A stretch of DNA of 16,766 nucleotides. It comes from Candidatus Methylomirabilia bacterium. Lineage in GTDB: Bacteria; Methylomirabilota; Methylomirabilia; Rokubacteriales; CSP1-6. Where the stretch lies: positions 1-16,766 of the forward strand of contig JBGPXN010000092.1 in assembly GCA_041492755.1 (NCBI GenBank), given 5' to 3'. Shown piece by piece: positions 1 through 9,227 of the stretch; position 1 is the stretch's first letter; each line of letters starts with the position of its first letter. The notes below the pieces were generated by a model. It was given only the letters and a program-made list of their open reading frames with translations. It was not told the DNA's origin and did not search any database. A program made the translations under genes and the position numbers.

Positions 1-620
1 CCGAGCACCTGCTTGGCGTAGGTCTCCGCGCAGATGACCATGTCGTGCTGCAGGTGCACGGCGCCCTTCGGAAATCCCGTCGAGCCGGACGAGTACAGCC
101 AGAACGCCGCGTCGTCCCGCGAGGTGTCCGCCGCCTCCAGCCGACTCGACGCCTTGGCCACGCAACTCTCCCACGACAGATGGACGCCGGCCACGCCGCC
201 GGCGACGAGCACGTGGCGCAGGTGCGGCGCCTGACCGAGGACCGGCTCCGCTTCGGGTAGTAGCGCCGCCGAGATGACGGCGACCTTGGCCCGGCTGTCG
301 TTGAGAAAGTAGAGCCAGTCGGCGGCGCGCATCAGCGTGTTGACCGGGATCGGCACCGCGCCGATCTTGATCGCGCCCCAGAACGTTCCCACGAACTCCG
401 GAGCGTCCAGGCAGATCATGAGGACGCGATCTTCCATGCCGACCCCGAGCTCGCGGAGCGCGTGGCCGGTGCGGTTCACGAGGTCCGCGACGTCGCCGTA
501 GCTCAACACGCGGTCCTCGTAAAGGAACGCCGGCGCGGCGCCGCGTCCTGCCTCGACGTTGCGGTCGATGAACCAGCTCGTGACGTTGAATCGTGCGGGA
601 AGCGATTCGGCGGCGATCAT
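1..620 (-). CDS. Benzoate-CoA ligase family protein (5' part; runs off the left edge; absent from the supplied ORF track)
   Basis: Manual translation from ATG at 620: MIAAESLPARFNVTSWFIDRNVEAGRG...FWGAIKIGAVPIPVNT...YFLNDSRAKV...DDAAFWLYSSGSTGFPKGAVHLQHDM. Has the AMP-binding motif YSSGSTGxPKG and the benzoate-CoA-ligase-type N-terminus. AAGGAG RBS upstream; lies next to box genes. Confidence 0.92.
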   Translation of the reverse strand, partial: MIAAESLPARFNVTSWFIDRNVEAGRGAAPAFLYEDRVLSYGDVADLVNRTGHALRELGVGMEDRVLMICLDAPEFVGTFWGAIKIGAVPIPVNTLMRAADWLYFLNDSRAKVAVISAALLPEAEPVLGQAPHLRHVLVAGGVAGVHLSWESCVAKASSRLEAADTSRDDAAFWLYSSGSTGFPKGAVHLQHDMVICAETYAKQVL

Positions 621-690
621 TCCCGGCTCCTTGGGCAGCGGCTGCTCGTGAAACGGCGCCTTGTCAAAGTTACGCGATGTCCCAGCGTCG

Positions 691-706
691 TGGCATCCCC
701 CTTGCT
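691..706 (+). promoter_or_regulatory. Sigma54 (RpoN) -24/-12 promoter candidate for the 735-1106 gene
   Basis: TGGCATCCCCCTTGCT: GG at 692-693 and GC at 704-705 have the exact spacing of the TGGCAC-N5-TTGC(A/T) consensus. It lies about 30 nt upstream of an ATG with a strong RBS. Confidence 0.65.
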
Positions 707-734
707 CCCCTCTCGCGAGGAGAGGAGGTTCCCA

Positions 735-1106
735 ATGAAGACATTGGCTCTCGTGCTCTCGACTTTCCTGCTCTCAGCGGGCATCGTGGCCGGCGCCTGC
801 GCCCAGTCCAGCCCGACCGCCCCCGATACCAAGCCTTCCGGCGAAGTGACGGCACCGACACCGTCCGGTGACGCGTCGAAGGATTCGCGTGCGAACGACC
901 GTCGCCCCGACATGGGTCCGGCGGGTCAGGACGCGGCGGCCTCGCCGCGCACGAGCGTCCCGGAGACGCGCATCTTCGGGCTGACCCCGACCGCCGCCGT
1001 TCTCATCGCGGCCGGGATCATCCTCGTCCTCGTAATGGGCATCATCGCGCTCAGCGGCAACCGCACGACTGATACGCGCATTCACACCGACGATCGCCGG
1101 TTGTAA
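735..1106 (+). CDS. Small exported/membrane-anchored protein (123 aa): signal peptide, Pro/Ser/Thr-rich linker, C-terminal TM helix
   Basis: AGGAGG RBS precedes the ATG at 735, a better start than the track start at 462. MKTLALVLSTFLLSAGIVAGACAQ is signal-peptide-like; AAVLIAAGIILVLVMGIIAL is a hydrophobic helix. Confidence 0.8.
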   Translation: MKTLALVLSTFLLSAGIVAGACAQSSPTAPDTKPSGEVTAPTPSGDASKDSRANDRRPDMGPAGQDAAASPRTSVPETRIFGLTPTAAVLIAAGIILVLVMGIIALSGNRTTDTRIHTDDRRL

Positions 1107-1124
1107 TGCCACCGCCAACGCCTC

Positions 1125-1158
1125 CCCGGCCCGACCCGGACAACCCGGTCGGGCCGGG
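1125..1158. terminator. GC-rich hairpin between convergent genes (possible bidirectional terminator or stabiliser)
   Basis: Perfect 12-bp inverted repeat CCCGGCCCGACC (1125-1136) / GGTCGGGCCGGG (1147-1158) with a 10-nt loop. No U-tract. Confidence 0.5.
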
Positions 1159-1167
1159 TGAGCCGAT

Positions 1168-1214
1168 GCCGCCGAGCGCTTGGGGGGATGGGGGGCCATC
1201 TCGGGGCCCCCCAT
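1168..1214 (-). repeat. Palindromic dispersed repeat, copy A (first hairpin plus linker only)
   Basis: Minus strand reads ATGGGGGGCC-CCGAGAT-GGCCCCCCAT-CCCCCCAAGCGCTCGGCGGC, homologous to the copies at 4845, 4931 and 15080. It starts at the base immediately after the RidA gene TAG. Confidence 0.88.
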
Positions 1215-1691
1215 CTAACGCCGGCGCCGGCGGCGCGCCGCGGGCTTGGACTTCAGCGCGGACGGGCGCGCCGGCTTGCGTGCCGTCCGCACCGCCATCG
1301 CCTCGATCTCCACCAGCAGCTCGGGCCGCACGAGTCGACTCACCACGAGCAGCGTGTTCGGCGGGTAGACGCCGTCGGGAAACCACGCGGGAAAGACGTC
1401 CGATCGCGCCTTCATGAAACCCGGGATGTCGTCGGCCCGGGTGAGGAACGTCTGCAAGCGGACCACGTCGCGCATCGTGCAGCCCGCCGCTTCGAGGATC
1501 GTGCGCACGTTGTCGAGAGCCTGCTTGGTCTGGGTGACGACGTCGCCCACGGCGACGGTGCCCCCCGCGCCCATGCCGACCTGACCGGCGACCACCACCA
1601 GCTCGCCGCCGGGGGCGATCATGCCGTGCGAGTACATGCCGAGCGGCGGGCCGAAGCTCGCCGGCGTGACGGGACGGATGCGTGAGGCCAT
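1215..1691 (-). CDS. RidA/YjgF/YER057c/UK114 family protein with a basic C-terminal tail
   Basis: YSHG, VAGQVG, QTKQALDNVRTILEAAG...DVVR, ARSDVF, YPPNTLLVVSRL..PELLVEIEAMA. AGGAG RBS present. Confidence 0.9.
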   Translation of the reverse strand: MASRIRPVTPASFGPPLGMYSHGMIAPGGELVVVAGQVGMGAGGTVAVGDVVTQTKQALDNVRTILEAAGCTMRDVVRLQTFLTRADDIPGFMKARSDVFPAWFPDGVYPPNTLLVVSRLVRPELLVEIEAMAVRTARKPARPSALKSKPAARRRRRR

Positions 1692-1724
1692 GACGATCTC
1701 CTCCTGGCGCGCGGCCCGCCGGCG

Positions 1725-3151
1725 CTACCCGCGGGGGGCGAGCATGACGTACTGGAAGTCGAGCGGCTGCCCGTTGATCCCGCGCGCCGGCGGCGCGATC
1801 CAGTTCGCGAACTTCCCCGGCTCGGTGATCGGCTGCTGCATGAGGCCCTGGACGTAGACGCGGTCCTCGTCGGTCGGCAGCCAGTCATGGTGCCGGGCGG
1901 CCCACTCCGCCTCGCTGACGAGCCGCCCATCCGGTGACACCTTCACGTCGGCGAATCCACCGATGGCGCGGTGGAACGCGCGATGAGGCAGCTTCAGCTC
2001 GAAGTCGATCTCGTACCGCCCGAGGACCTGGTTCCAGCGATTGACACCGCGCTGGCAGTCCTCGATGTAGTCGTCGCGCAACCGCTCGTTCAACGACGTG
2101 AGCGCGGCCAGCTCGCGCGTCTCGATGCGGTCGCCCTCGAGCGAAGTGACGGGATAGGTCGCGTCCTTGAGCTGGTGATCGTCGCTCTTCTTCGTCTCCT
2201 CGAAGCGCCCCTTGAGGCCGTTGGTGTAAAAGTTCGCGGCGTTCGTCGAGATCTCGGAGCCGAACAGATCGAGCGACACCGAGCAGTGGAAGTTGAGGTA
2301 CTTCTGGAGCGTCGGCAGGTCGATGCCGCCGAGCTTCCGGACGTCGTCGGTCTTGTGCTCCCGCATCAGCTCGCACGTGCGCTCGACGATCCGACCCACG
2401 CCCGTCTCCCCCACGAACATGTGGTGCGCTTCCTCGGTCAGCATGAAGCGACACGTCCGCGACAGTGGATCGAGCGCGCTCTCGGCCAGGCTCGCGAGCT
2501 GGTACTTGCCGTCGCGGTCGGTGAAGAAGCTGAACATGAAGAACGACAGCCAGTCCGGCGTGCGCTCGTTGAACGCGCCCAGGATGCGTGGCTTGTCGGG
2601 ATCGCCGGAGCGGCGTTGCAGCAGCGCCTCGGCTTCCTCACGGCCGTCGCGGCCGAAATAGGCGTCGAGGAGGTACACCATCGCCCACAGGTGCCGGCCT
2701 TCCTCGACGTTGACCTGGAAGAGGTTGCGGAGATCGTAGAGGGACGGGCACGTGCGGCCGAGCTGGCGCTGCTGCTCGACGGACGCCGGCTCGGTGTCGC
2801 CCTGGGTCACGATCAGCCGGCGGAGGGTGCCGCGATACTCACCGGGGACGTCCTGCCACACCGGCCGGCCCTTGTGATCGCCGAAGCTGATGGCCCGATT
2901 GGCGGCGGGCTCGGCCAGGAAGATGCCCCACCGGTACTCCGGCATCTTCACGTAGCCGAACTGCGCCCAGCCCTGGGCGTCGACGCTGATGGCCGTCCTC
3001 AGATATACGTCGGTCGCCTGGAAGCCGGCGGGCCCCATGTCCTTCCACCACTCCAGAAATTTCGGGTGCCACTCCTCGAGGGCCCGCTGCAACCGCCGGT
3101 TCTCGGCGAGGTTGACGTTGTTCGGAATCCGGTCGAGATAGTCGATGGCCA

Positions 3152-3152
<1 letters not shown>
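1725..3152 (-). CDS. boxB: Benzoyl-CoA 2,3-epoxidase, di-iron oxygenase subunit BoxB
   Basis: IPNNVNL, VKMPEYRWGIFLA, QGDTEPASVEQQ, two ExxH iron motifs (EEGRH, EEAHH), WIAPPARGIN. The ATG at 3152 has an AAGGAG RBS and overlaps the boxC stop (TGATG). Confidence 0.96.
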
Positions 3153-4828
<1,676 letters not shown>

Positions 4829-4844
4829 GTCGGTTCTCCTGGAG

Positions 4845-4916
4845 ATGGGGGCCCCGAAATGGCCCCCATACCCCCAACGCTCGTCACGCCCCGGCGAAGC
4901 CGTGGCGCGCCTCGAC
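4845..4916 (+). repeat. Palindromic dispersed repeat, copy B (two hairpins)
   Basis: ATGGGGGCC-CCGAAAT-GGCCCCCAT-ACCCCCAACGCTCGTCA-CGCCCCGGCGAAGCCGTGGCG-CGCCTCGAC. Confidence 0.92.
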
Positions 4917-4930
4917 CACCGCCGGAGCTT

Positions 4931-4999
4931 GGGCCCCGAAATGGCCCCCATACTCCCGAACGCTCGTCACGCCCCGGCGAAGCCGTGGCGCTCCTCGAC
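4931..4999 (+). repeat. Palindromic dispersed repeat, copy C (tandem with B, 5'-trimmed)
   Basis: GGGCCCCGAAATGGCCCCCATACTCCCGAACGCTCGTCACGCCCCGGCGAAGCCGTGGCGCTCCTCGAC, near-identical to copy B and separated from it by 14 nt. Confidence 0.92.
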
Positions 5000-5012
5000 A
5001 CTTCGACGATCT

Positions 5013-5696
5013 CTACCCCAGGATCACCCAAAGAGCGCGGGCCCGCCGGGGGCCAAGGTTCTCCCATCCGTGCGGGATCCCGCCGTCGAGCAGCCCGCTG
5101 TCGCCCTCGCCGAGCACGTGCCGGTCGCCATTGTAGTGGAGCGCCACCTTGCCCTCGAGCACGTAGAACAGCTTCATCTGCCCGGCCTGGATCACGACCT
5201 TGTCCGTGCTGACGCCTCGCCCGTGGGTGTCCAGGGTGGACACGACCGCGCGAATCTTGCCCTGGAACAGTCCGGCGCCGAGCACGGACCACCGCTCCTG
5301 GCTGCCATCGAAGGACACCATCGGGTAGTCCTTCTTGCGCGTGATCGTGATGTGGCCGGCGGGCTGGGCGTCGAACAGCGACGCGATCGGCACGGCGAGC
5401 GCCGCCGCGATCTTGCCGACCGTGTGCAGCGACGGCGTCAGCCGCCCCGATTCGATCTGCGACACCATGCTCGGCGTCAGCTCCGCCTTCTCCGCGAGCT
5501 GCCGCTGCTGCAGCTCGCGCTCCAGCCTGAGCGCCTTGATTCGAGTCCCCAACGAGTTTGCTCGGAGGTTCCCTCGGAGGGGGGCTGCGCCCCCCTTCCG
5601 ACGCTCCGAGGACCTGCGGCCCTCTACGCTGCCTCCCCCCTTCGATTGCGCCGGCAAAGCCGGCGCTCGAACGGCGGCGTCATCGCGCGAGGTCAT
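5013..5696 (-). CDS. XRE-family HTH transcriptional regulator with C-terminal cupin domain and a repeat-derived N-terminal extension
   Basis: LGTRIKALRLERELQQRQLAEKAELTPSMVSQIESGRLTPSL is an HTH_3 domain; YVLEGKV...LGEGDS...IPHGWEN is a cupin. The ATG overlaps the hcrB stop (ATGA at 5693-5696). An alternative TTG start at 5552 lacks an obvious RBS. Confidence 0.88.
   Translation of the reverse strand: MTSRDDAAVRAPALPAQSKGGGSVEGRRSSERRKGGAAPLRGNLRANSLGTRIKALRLERELQQRQLAEKAELTPSMVSQIESGRLTPSLHTVGKIAAALAVPIASLFDAQPAGHITITRKKDYPMVSFDGSQERWSVLGAGLFQGKIRAVVSTLDTHGRGVSTDKVVIQAGQMKLFYVLEGKVALHYNGDRHVLGEGDSGLLDGGIPHGWENLGPRRARALWVILG
5561..5672. repeat. Double-hairpin palindromic element inside the 5' end of the XRE gene
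   Basis: Hairpin TCGGAGGGGGGC-TGC-GCCCCCCTTCCGA (5574-5601), outer inverted repeat CTCGGAG/CTCCGAG (5561-5567, 5604-5610), and hairpin GCGCCGGC-AAA-GCCGGCGC (5648-5666) followed by TCGA. The last part resembles the second hairpin of repeat copies B-D. Confidence 0.7.
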
Positions 5697-6709
5697 ACGA
5701 CTTCCTGGTCGGCGGCGCCGTTCGGGTCGAGGCCGGCGAGGCGGCGGAGGGCTCGGGTCACGAAGACTCGGGTCATTTTCTTGCGGTAGAAGTGGGCGTA
5801 GTCGGTGTTGTCCAGGGGCTTCGCCGGCCCGGCGGCGAGGCCGGCGACGCGGGTGATCAGCTCGGGGGTCAGGCGTTCGCCCACCAGGGCCGCCGCCGCT
5901 CTGGTCGCTTCACGCGGCAGCGAGGCGACGGCGCCGAGGACGATGTTGGCCTGCGCGACCCGATCGCCGTCCATCCGGAGCGCGACGGCGACGCCGAGCA
6001 CGGGAAAGTCGAAGGAGCCGCGACGGCGAAGCTTCAGATAGGCGGAGCGCCAGCCGTCCGCCGGAGGCAAGAGGATCTCGGCGAGGATCTCGTCCGACCG
6101 CTTGGCGAGATACTCGATGCCGTCGTCGCGGAACAGCGCGGACAGGGGAATCGTTCGCTCGCCGGCCGGGCCGACGACACGCAGGTGCGCGCCGAGGCTC
6201 CAGAGCACCGGCGCGGTGTCCGACGAGGAGACCGCCCAGCATCGTGGGCTGCTCGGAGCCACCAGGCAGATGTCGCCGTCCTTTTTCATGCAGAAGCCGA
6301 TGGCCTTCCGCCACGCGAAGGACTGGTTGTAGTAGTTGCAGCGCGTGTCGACGCACACATTGCCCCCGAGGGTGCCCATGTTCCGGAGCTGCGGCGACGA
6401 CACCAGACCGGCCGCCGTCGCCAGCGCTGGGTAGTGCCGCATCACGTCCGGATGGGTCGCCACGGAGGACAGCGTCGTGACCGCGCCGATGGTGAGACCG
6501 CTCCCGGCCTCGCCGCGCACACCGGACAAATCGGGGATCCCGCGCAGCCCGACCAGGATCTTGGGCTCGAACTGCCGGCGCTTCATGTTCGGGTAGAGGT
6601 CGGTGCCGCCGGCGACGAGCATGGCGTCGGGCCCACCGTCGGCGACCGTGCGCACCGCCTCGGCAACCGAGCGGGGGGCCGTGTACGTGAACGGCGGCAA
6701 CCGCATCAT
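5693..6709 (-). CDS. hcrB: 4-hydroxybenzoyl-CoA reductase-like beta subunit (FAD plus extra [4Fe-4S] insertion)
   Basis: FAD motifs AGGTDL and LRNMGTLGGN. Cys-rich insert RCNYYNQ...FCMKKDGDIC...PRCWA is typical of HcrB-type subunits. YLKLRRRGSFDFP also present. Start is 6709 or 6706. Confidence 0.85.
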   Translation of the reverse strand: MMRLPPFTYTAPRSVAEAVRTVADGGPDAMLVAGGTDLYPNMKRRQFEPKILVGLRGIPDLSGVRGEAGSGLTIGAVTTLSSVATHPDVMRHYPALATAAGLVSSPQLRNMGTLGGNVCVDTRCNYYNQSFAWRKAIGFCMKKDGDICLVAPSSPRCWAVSSSDTAPVLWSLGAHLRVVGPAGERTIPLSALFRDDGIEYLAKRSDEILAEILLPPADGWRSAYLKLRRRGSFDFPVLGVAVALRMDGDRVAQANIVLGAVASLPREATRAAAALVGERLTPELITRVAGLAAGPAKPLDNTDYAHFYRKKMTRVFVTRALRRLAGLDPNGAADQEVV

Positions 6710-6777
6710 GGCCGCGGCGTCCCGTGGGTCAGCGGCGCGACGCAGCCTGGTCGCGTGACTCCGCGAATGCCGTTCAT
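6706..6777 (-). CDS. Putative 23-aa bridging mini-ORF (MNGIRGVTRPGCVAPLTHGTPRP)
   Basis: Its ATG overlaps the hcrA stop (ATGA 6774-6777) with GGAG 8 nt upstream. Its TGA overlaps the hcrB start (ATGATG 6704-6709). Confidence 0.35.
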   Translation of the reverse strand: MNGIRGVTRPGCVAPLTHGTPRP

Positions 6778-9227
6778 CCGCGTGGCTCCGGATCGGCGAA
6801 CGGCCGCACCGCGATGGCGTCGGCCGGCTGACCGAACGCCGACTCGACGACGATCGGCGGCTTGAACGTGAAGAGCGGCAGCTTCTCGGGCCCGACGCGC
6901 GGCGTCTTGCCCTGCGCCTTGAGCTCGAGCGCCTTCAAAATCTTCTCGGGCGTGATGGGCACTTCGTCGATGCGCACGCCGACGGCGTCGTAGATGGCGT
7001 TGGCGATGGCGGGGATGACCGGCAGCAGCGGCCCCTGCCCGGCTTCTTTGGCACCGAACGGGCCTTCGGGATCGTTCGTCTCCACCAGGATCGTGTGGAT
7101 CTCCGGGGTTTCGAGCGTGGTCGGGCTCTTGTAGTCGAGCATCGACGGCTGCTTGTGCAGACCCTTGCGGAAGATCTGCGCCTCCATCAGCGCCTCGCCG
7201 ATCCCCATGTAGATGGAGCCTTCGACCTGGCCTTCCACCAGCAGCGGGTTCAGCGCGCGGCCGACGTCGTGCGCGATCCACACGTCGTGCAGAATCACGT
7301 CCCCCGTGTCGGCGTCGACGGTGAGCTCCACCACACAGGCCGAGTAGGAATAGCAGGGCGACGGCCCCACCCCGCCGCCCTTGTACTTGCCCGCGCGCTT
7401 GGGGGGCGCGTACGAGCCCGGGAACGCGAGCACGCCGTGCATCGACTCGCCGAGCTCGACGGCCCGGGCGAACGGCACCGCCGTGTCCCAGTCGTCGGGG
7501 TCGCCGATCTTCCGATCGCGCGCCACCAGCCGTGACGCGTCCACCCCGAGCTTCTTCGCGACGGCCTTGAGCAGCACGGCCTTCAGGCGCTCGGCCGCCT
7601 GAATCACCGCGACGCCGCACATCAGCGTGACGCGCGAGGAGTACGAGCCGAGGTCCACCGGCGTGAGGCTGGTGTCGGCGGGATGGACGTGCACGTCCTT
7701 GGGCTCGAGTCCCAGGACCTCGGCCGGCAAGTACGCGAGGATCGAATCGGACCCCTGTCCGATGTCGGTCGCGCCGCACAGCACGGTGACGGCGCCGCTG
7801 CGATCGGCGCGCAGCACGACGCCGGAGTGCGGCATGCTGTTCCAGTAGATCGCGGTGCCCGCGCCCGTCATGTACGCCGAGCAGCCCACGCCGATGCCGC
7901 GCCGGCGCGGCGAGCGCCGATCGCCGTTTTTCTGTCCCCACCCTTTCCACTTCGCCGGCCAGCCGGAGGCCTCCACCACCCGGTCGATGCACTCGGCGAG
8001 GCCGATCGTCGTCACGGTCAGATGGTTCGCCGTCTTCGTGAACGGTTCGGCCACGATCCGCTTGCGCATCTCGACGGGATCGAGACCGAGCTGCTCGGCC
8101 GCCTTGTCGAGCTGGCATTCGAGCGCGAATCGCGGCTGGGGCGTGCCGTGCCCGCGTTTGGGACCGCACGGCGGCTTGTTGGTGAAGACGCGCGCGCCTT
8201 CGAACTTGTAGACCGGCATCTTGTAGGTCACGGGATTGATCACGCCCGTGTAGAACGTCGAGGCCACCCCGTACGAGCCGTAGGCGCCGCCGTCGAGCCA
8301 GGTCTTGAGGTGACAGCCGGTGATGTCGCCGGCGCGGGTGAAGCCGGTCTTGATCCACATGAGCACGGGATGCCGGCCGCGATGGACGTAGAAAACCTCT
8401 TCGCGGGTCAGCGTGATCTTCACCGGCCGGCCGATCCGCTGTGAGAGCTTGCAGGCGGCGATCTCGTGGGCGAACGGGTCGAGCTTGCCGCCGAAGCCGC
8501 CGCCCACCGGCGCGGCGATGACCCGGATGTGGGCCCCCGGCACGTCGAGGATCTTGGCGAGGAGCCGGTGCACGTAGTGCGGCGTCTGGGTCGAGGACCA
8601 GAGCGTCAGCTTGCCGTCGGCGCCCCAGTGCGCGAGCGCGGCGTGCTGCTCCATGGGCAGGTGGGTGCTGCCCTCGAAGAAGAACACGTCCTCGCGGACC
8701 AGGTCGGCCTTCGCGAACGCCTCGTCCACGTCGCCGAACTGCAGCGACACGTTCTTGTGGACGTTCGGCCCGTCGCCGTACTCGTGGATGCGGACCTCCG
8801 GATGCCCGAGCGACTCCTCGATCGACATGAGCGCCGGCAGCGGCTCGTAGTCGACTTCGATCAGCTCGCAGGCGCGCTCGGCCGTCTCCTCGTCGACGGC
8901 GGCCACGGCCGCGACGGGATCGCCGACCATCCGGACCTTCTCCGTGCACAGCGCTTCCTCGTCCTGGGACACAGGCAGGATGCCGAACTTCACGCGCGGC
9001 AGGTCGTACCCGGTGATGACGCCGTACACGCCGGGCCGCGCGCGGGCGGCGGCCGTGTCGATCCGGGTGATGCGAGCGTGCGGATGCGAGCTGCGGAGGA
9101 GCTTGGCGTAGGCCATCCGGGGCAACACGAGGTCGTCGGCGTACCGTGTCTCCCCGGTGACCTTGGCCCAGGCGTCGATCTTCGCCAGCGGCTGCCCGAC
9201 GACCGCGAACCGATGCTTTTCGGTCAT
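6774..9227 (-). CDS. hcrA: Xanthine-oxidase-family molybdopterin subunit, 4-hydroxybenzoyl-CoA reductase alpha-like
   Basis: AKVTGETRYADD, VGGGFGGK, DGGAYG, RGHGTPQ, DIGQGS, GSYSSRVT, ALNPLLVEGQVEG, FGAKEAGQG. Start reassigned to ATG 9227, which overlaps the hcrC stop (ATGA). The actual substrate is not established. Confidence 0.82.
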   Translation of the reverse strand: MTEKHRFAVVGQPLAKIDAWAKVTGETRYADDLVLPRMAYAKLLRSSHPHARITRIDTAAARARPGVYGVITGYDLPRVKFGILPVSQDEEALCTEKVRMVGDPVAAVAAVDEETAERACELIEVDYEPLPALMSIEESLGHPEVRIHEYGDGPNVHKNVSLQFGDVDEAFAKADLVREDVFFFEGSTHLPMEQHAALAHWGADGKLTLWSSTQTPHYVHRLLAKILDVPGAHIRVIAAPVGGGFGGKLDPFAHEIAACKLSQRIGRPVKITLTREEVFYVHRGRHPVLMWIKTGFTRAGDITGCHLKTWLDGGAYGSYGVASTFYTGVINPVTYKMPVYKFEGARVFTNKPPCGPKRGHGTPQPRFALECQLDKAAEQLGLDPVEMRKRIVAEPFTKTANHLTVTTIGLAECIDRVVEASGWPAKWKGWGQKNGDRRSPRRRGIGVGCSAYMTGAGTAIYWNSMPHSGVVLRADRSGAVTVLCGATDIGQGSDSILAYLPAEVLGLEPKDVHVHPADTSLTPVDLGSYSSRVTLMCGVAVIQAAERLKAVLLKAVAKKLGVDASRLVARDRKIGDPDDWDTAVPFARAVELGESMHGVLAFPGSYAPPKRAGKYKGGGVGPSPCYSYSACVVELTVDADTGDVILHDVWIAHDVGRALNPLLVEGQVEGSIYMGIGEALMEAQIFRKGLHKQPSMLDYKSPTTLETPEIHTILVETNDPEGPFGAKEAGQGPLLPVIPAIANAIYDAVGVRIDEVPITPEKILKALELKAQGKTPRVGPEKLPLFTFKPPIVVESAFGQPADAIAVRPFADPEPRG

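Noticed and set aside
662..667. Perfect TTGACA on the minus strand upstream of the CoA ligase as a sigma70 -35 box
   Set aside because: No acceptable -10 hexamer 16-18 nt downstream (CAGCCG at 17 nt), so the promoter cannot be called.
462..734. Upstream extension of the small membrane protein ORF
   Set aside because: It is antisense to the CoA ligase gene. The SD, signal peptide and sigma54 motif all point to ATG 735.
4829..4951. 41-aa N-terminal extension of BoxC in the ORF track
   Set aside because: It runs through repeat copies B and C. ATG 4828 has an AGGAG SD and matches where BoxC similarity begins.
4845..4999. Tandem repeats as a mini CRISPR array
   Set aside because: Only two units of about 70 nt with a 14-nt gap, further copies dispersed singly, and no cas genes. 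This fits a REP/MITE-like family.
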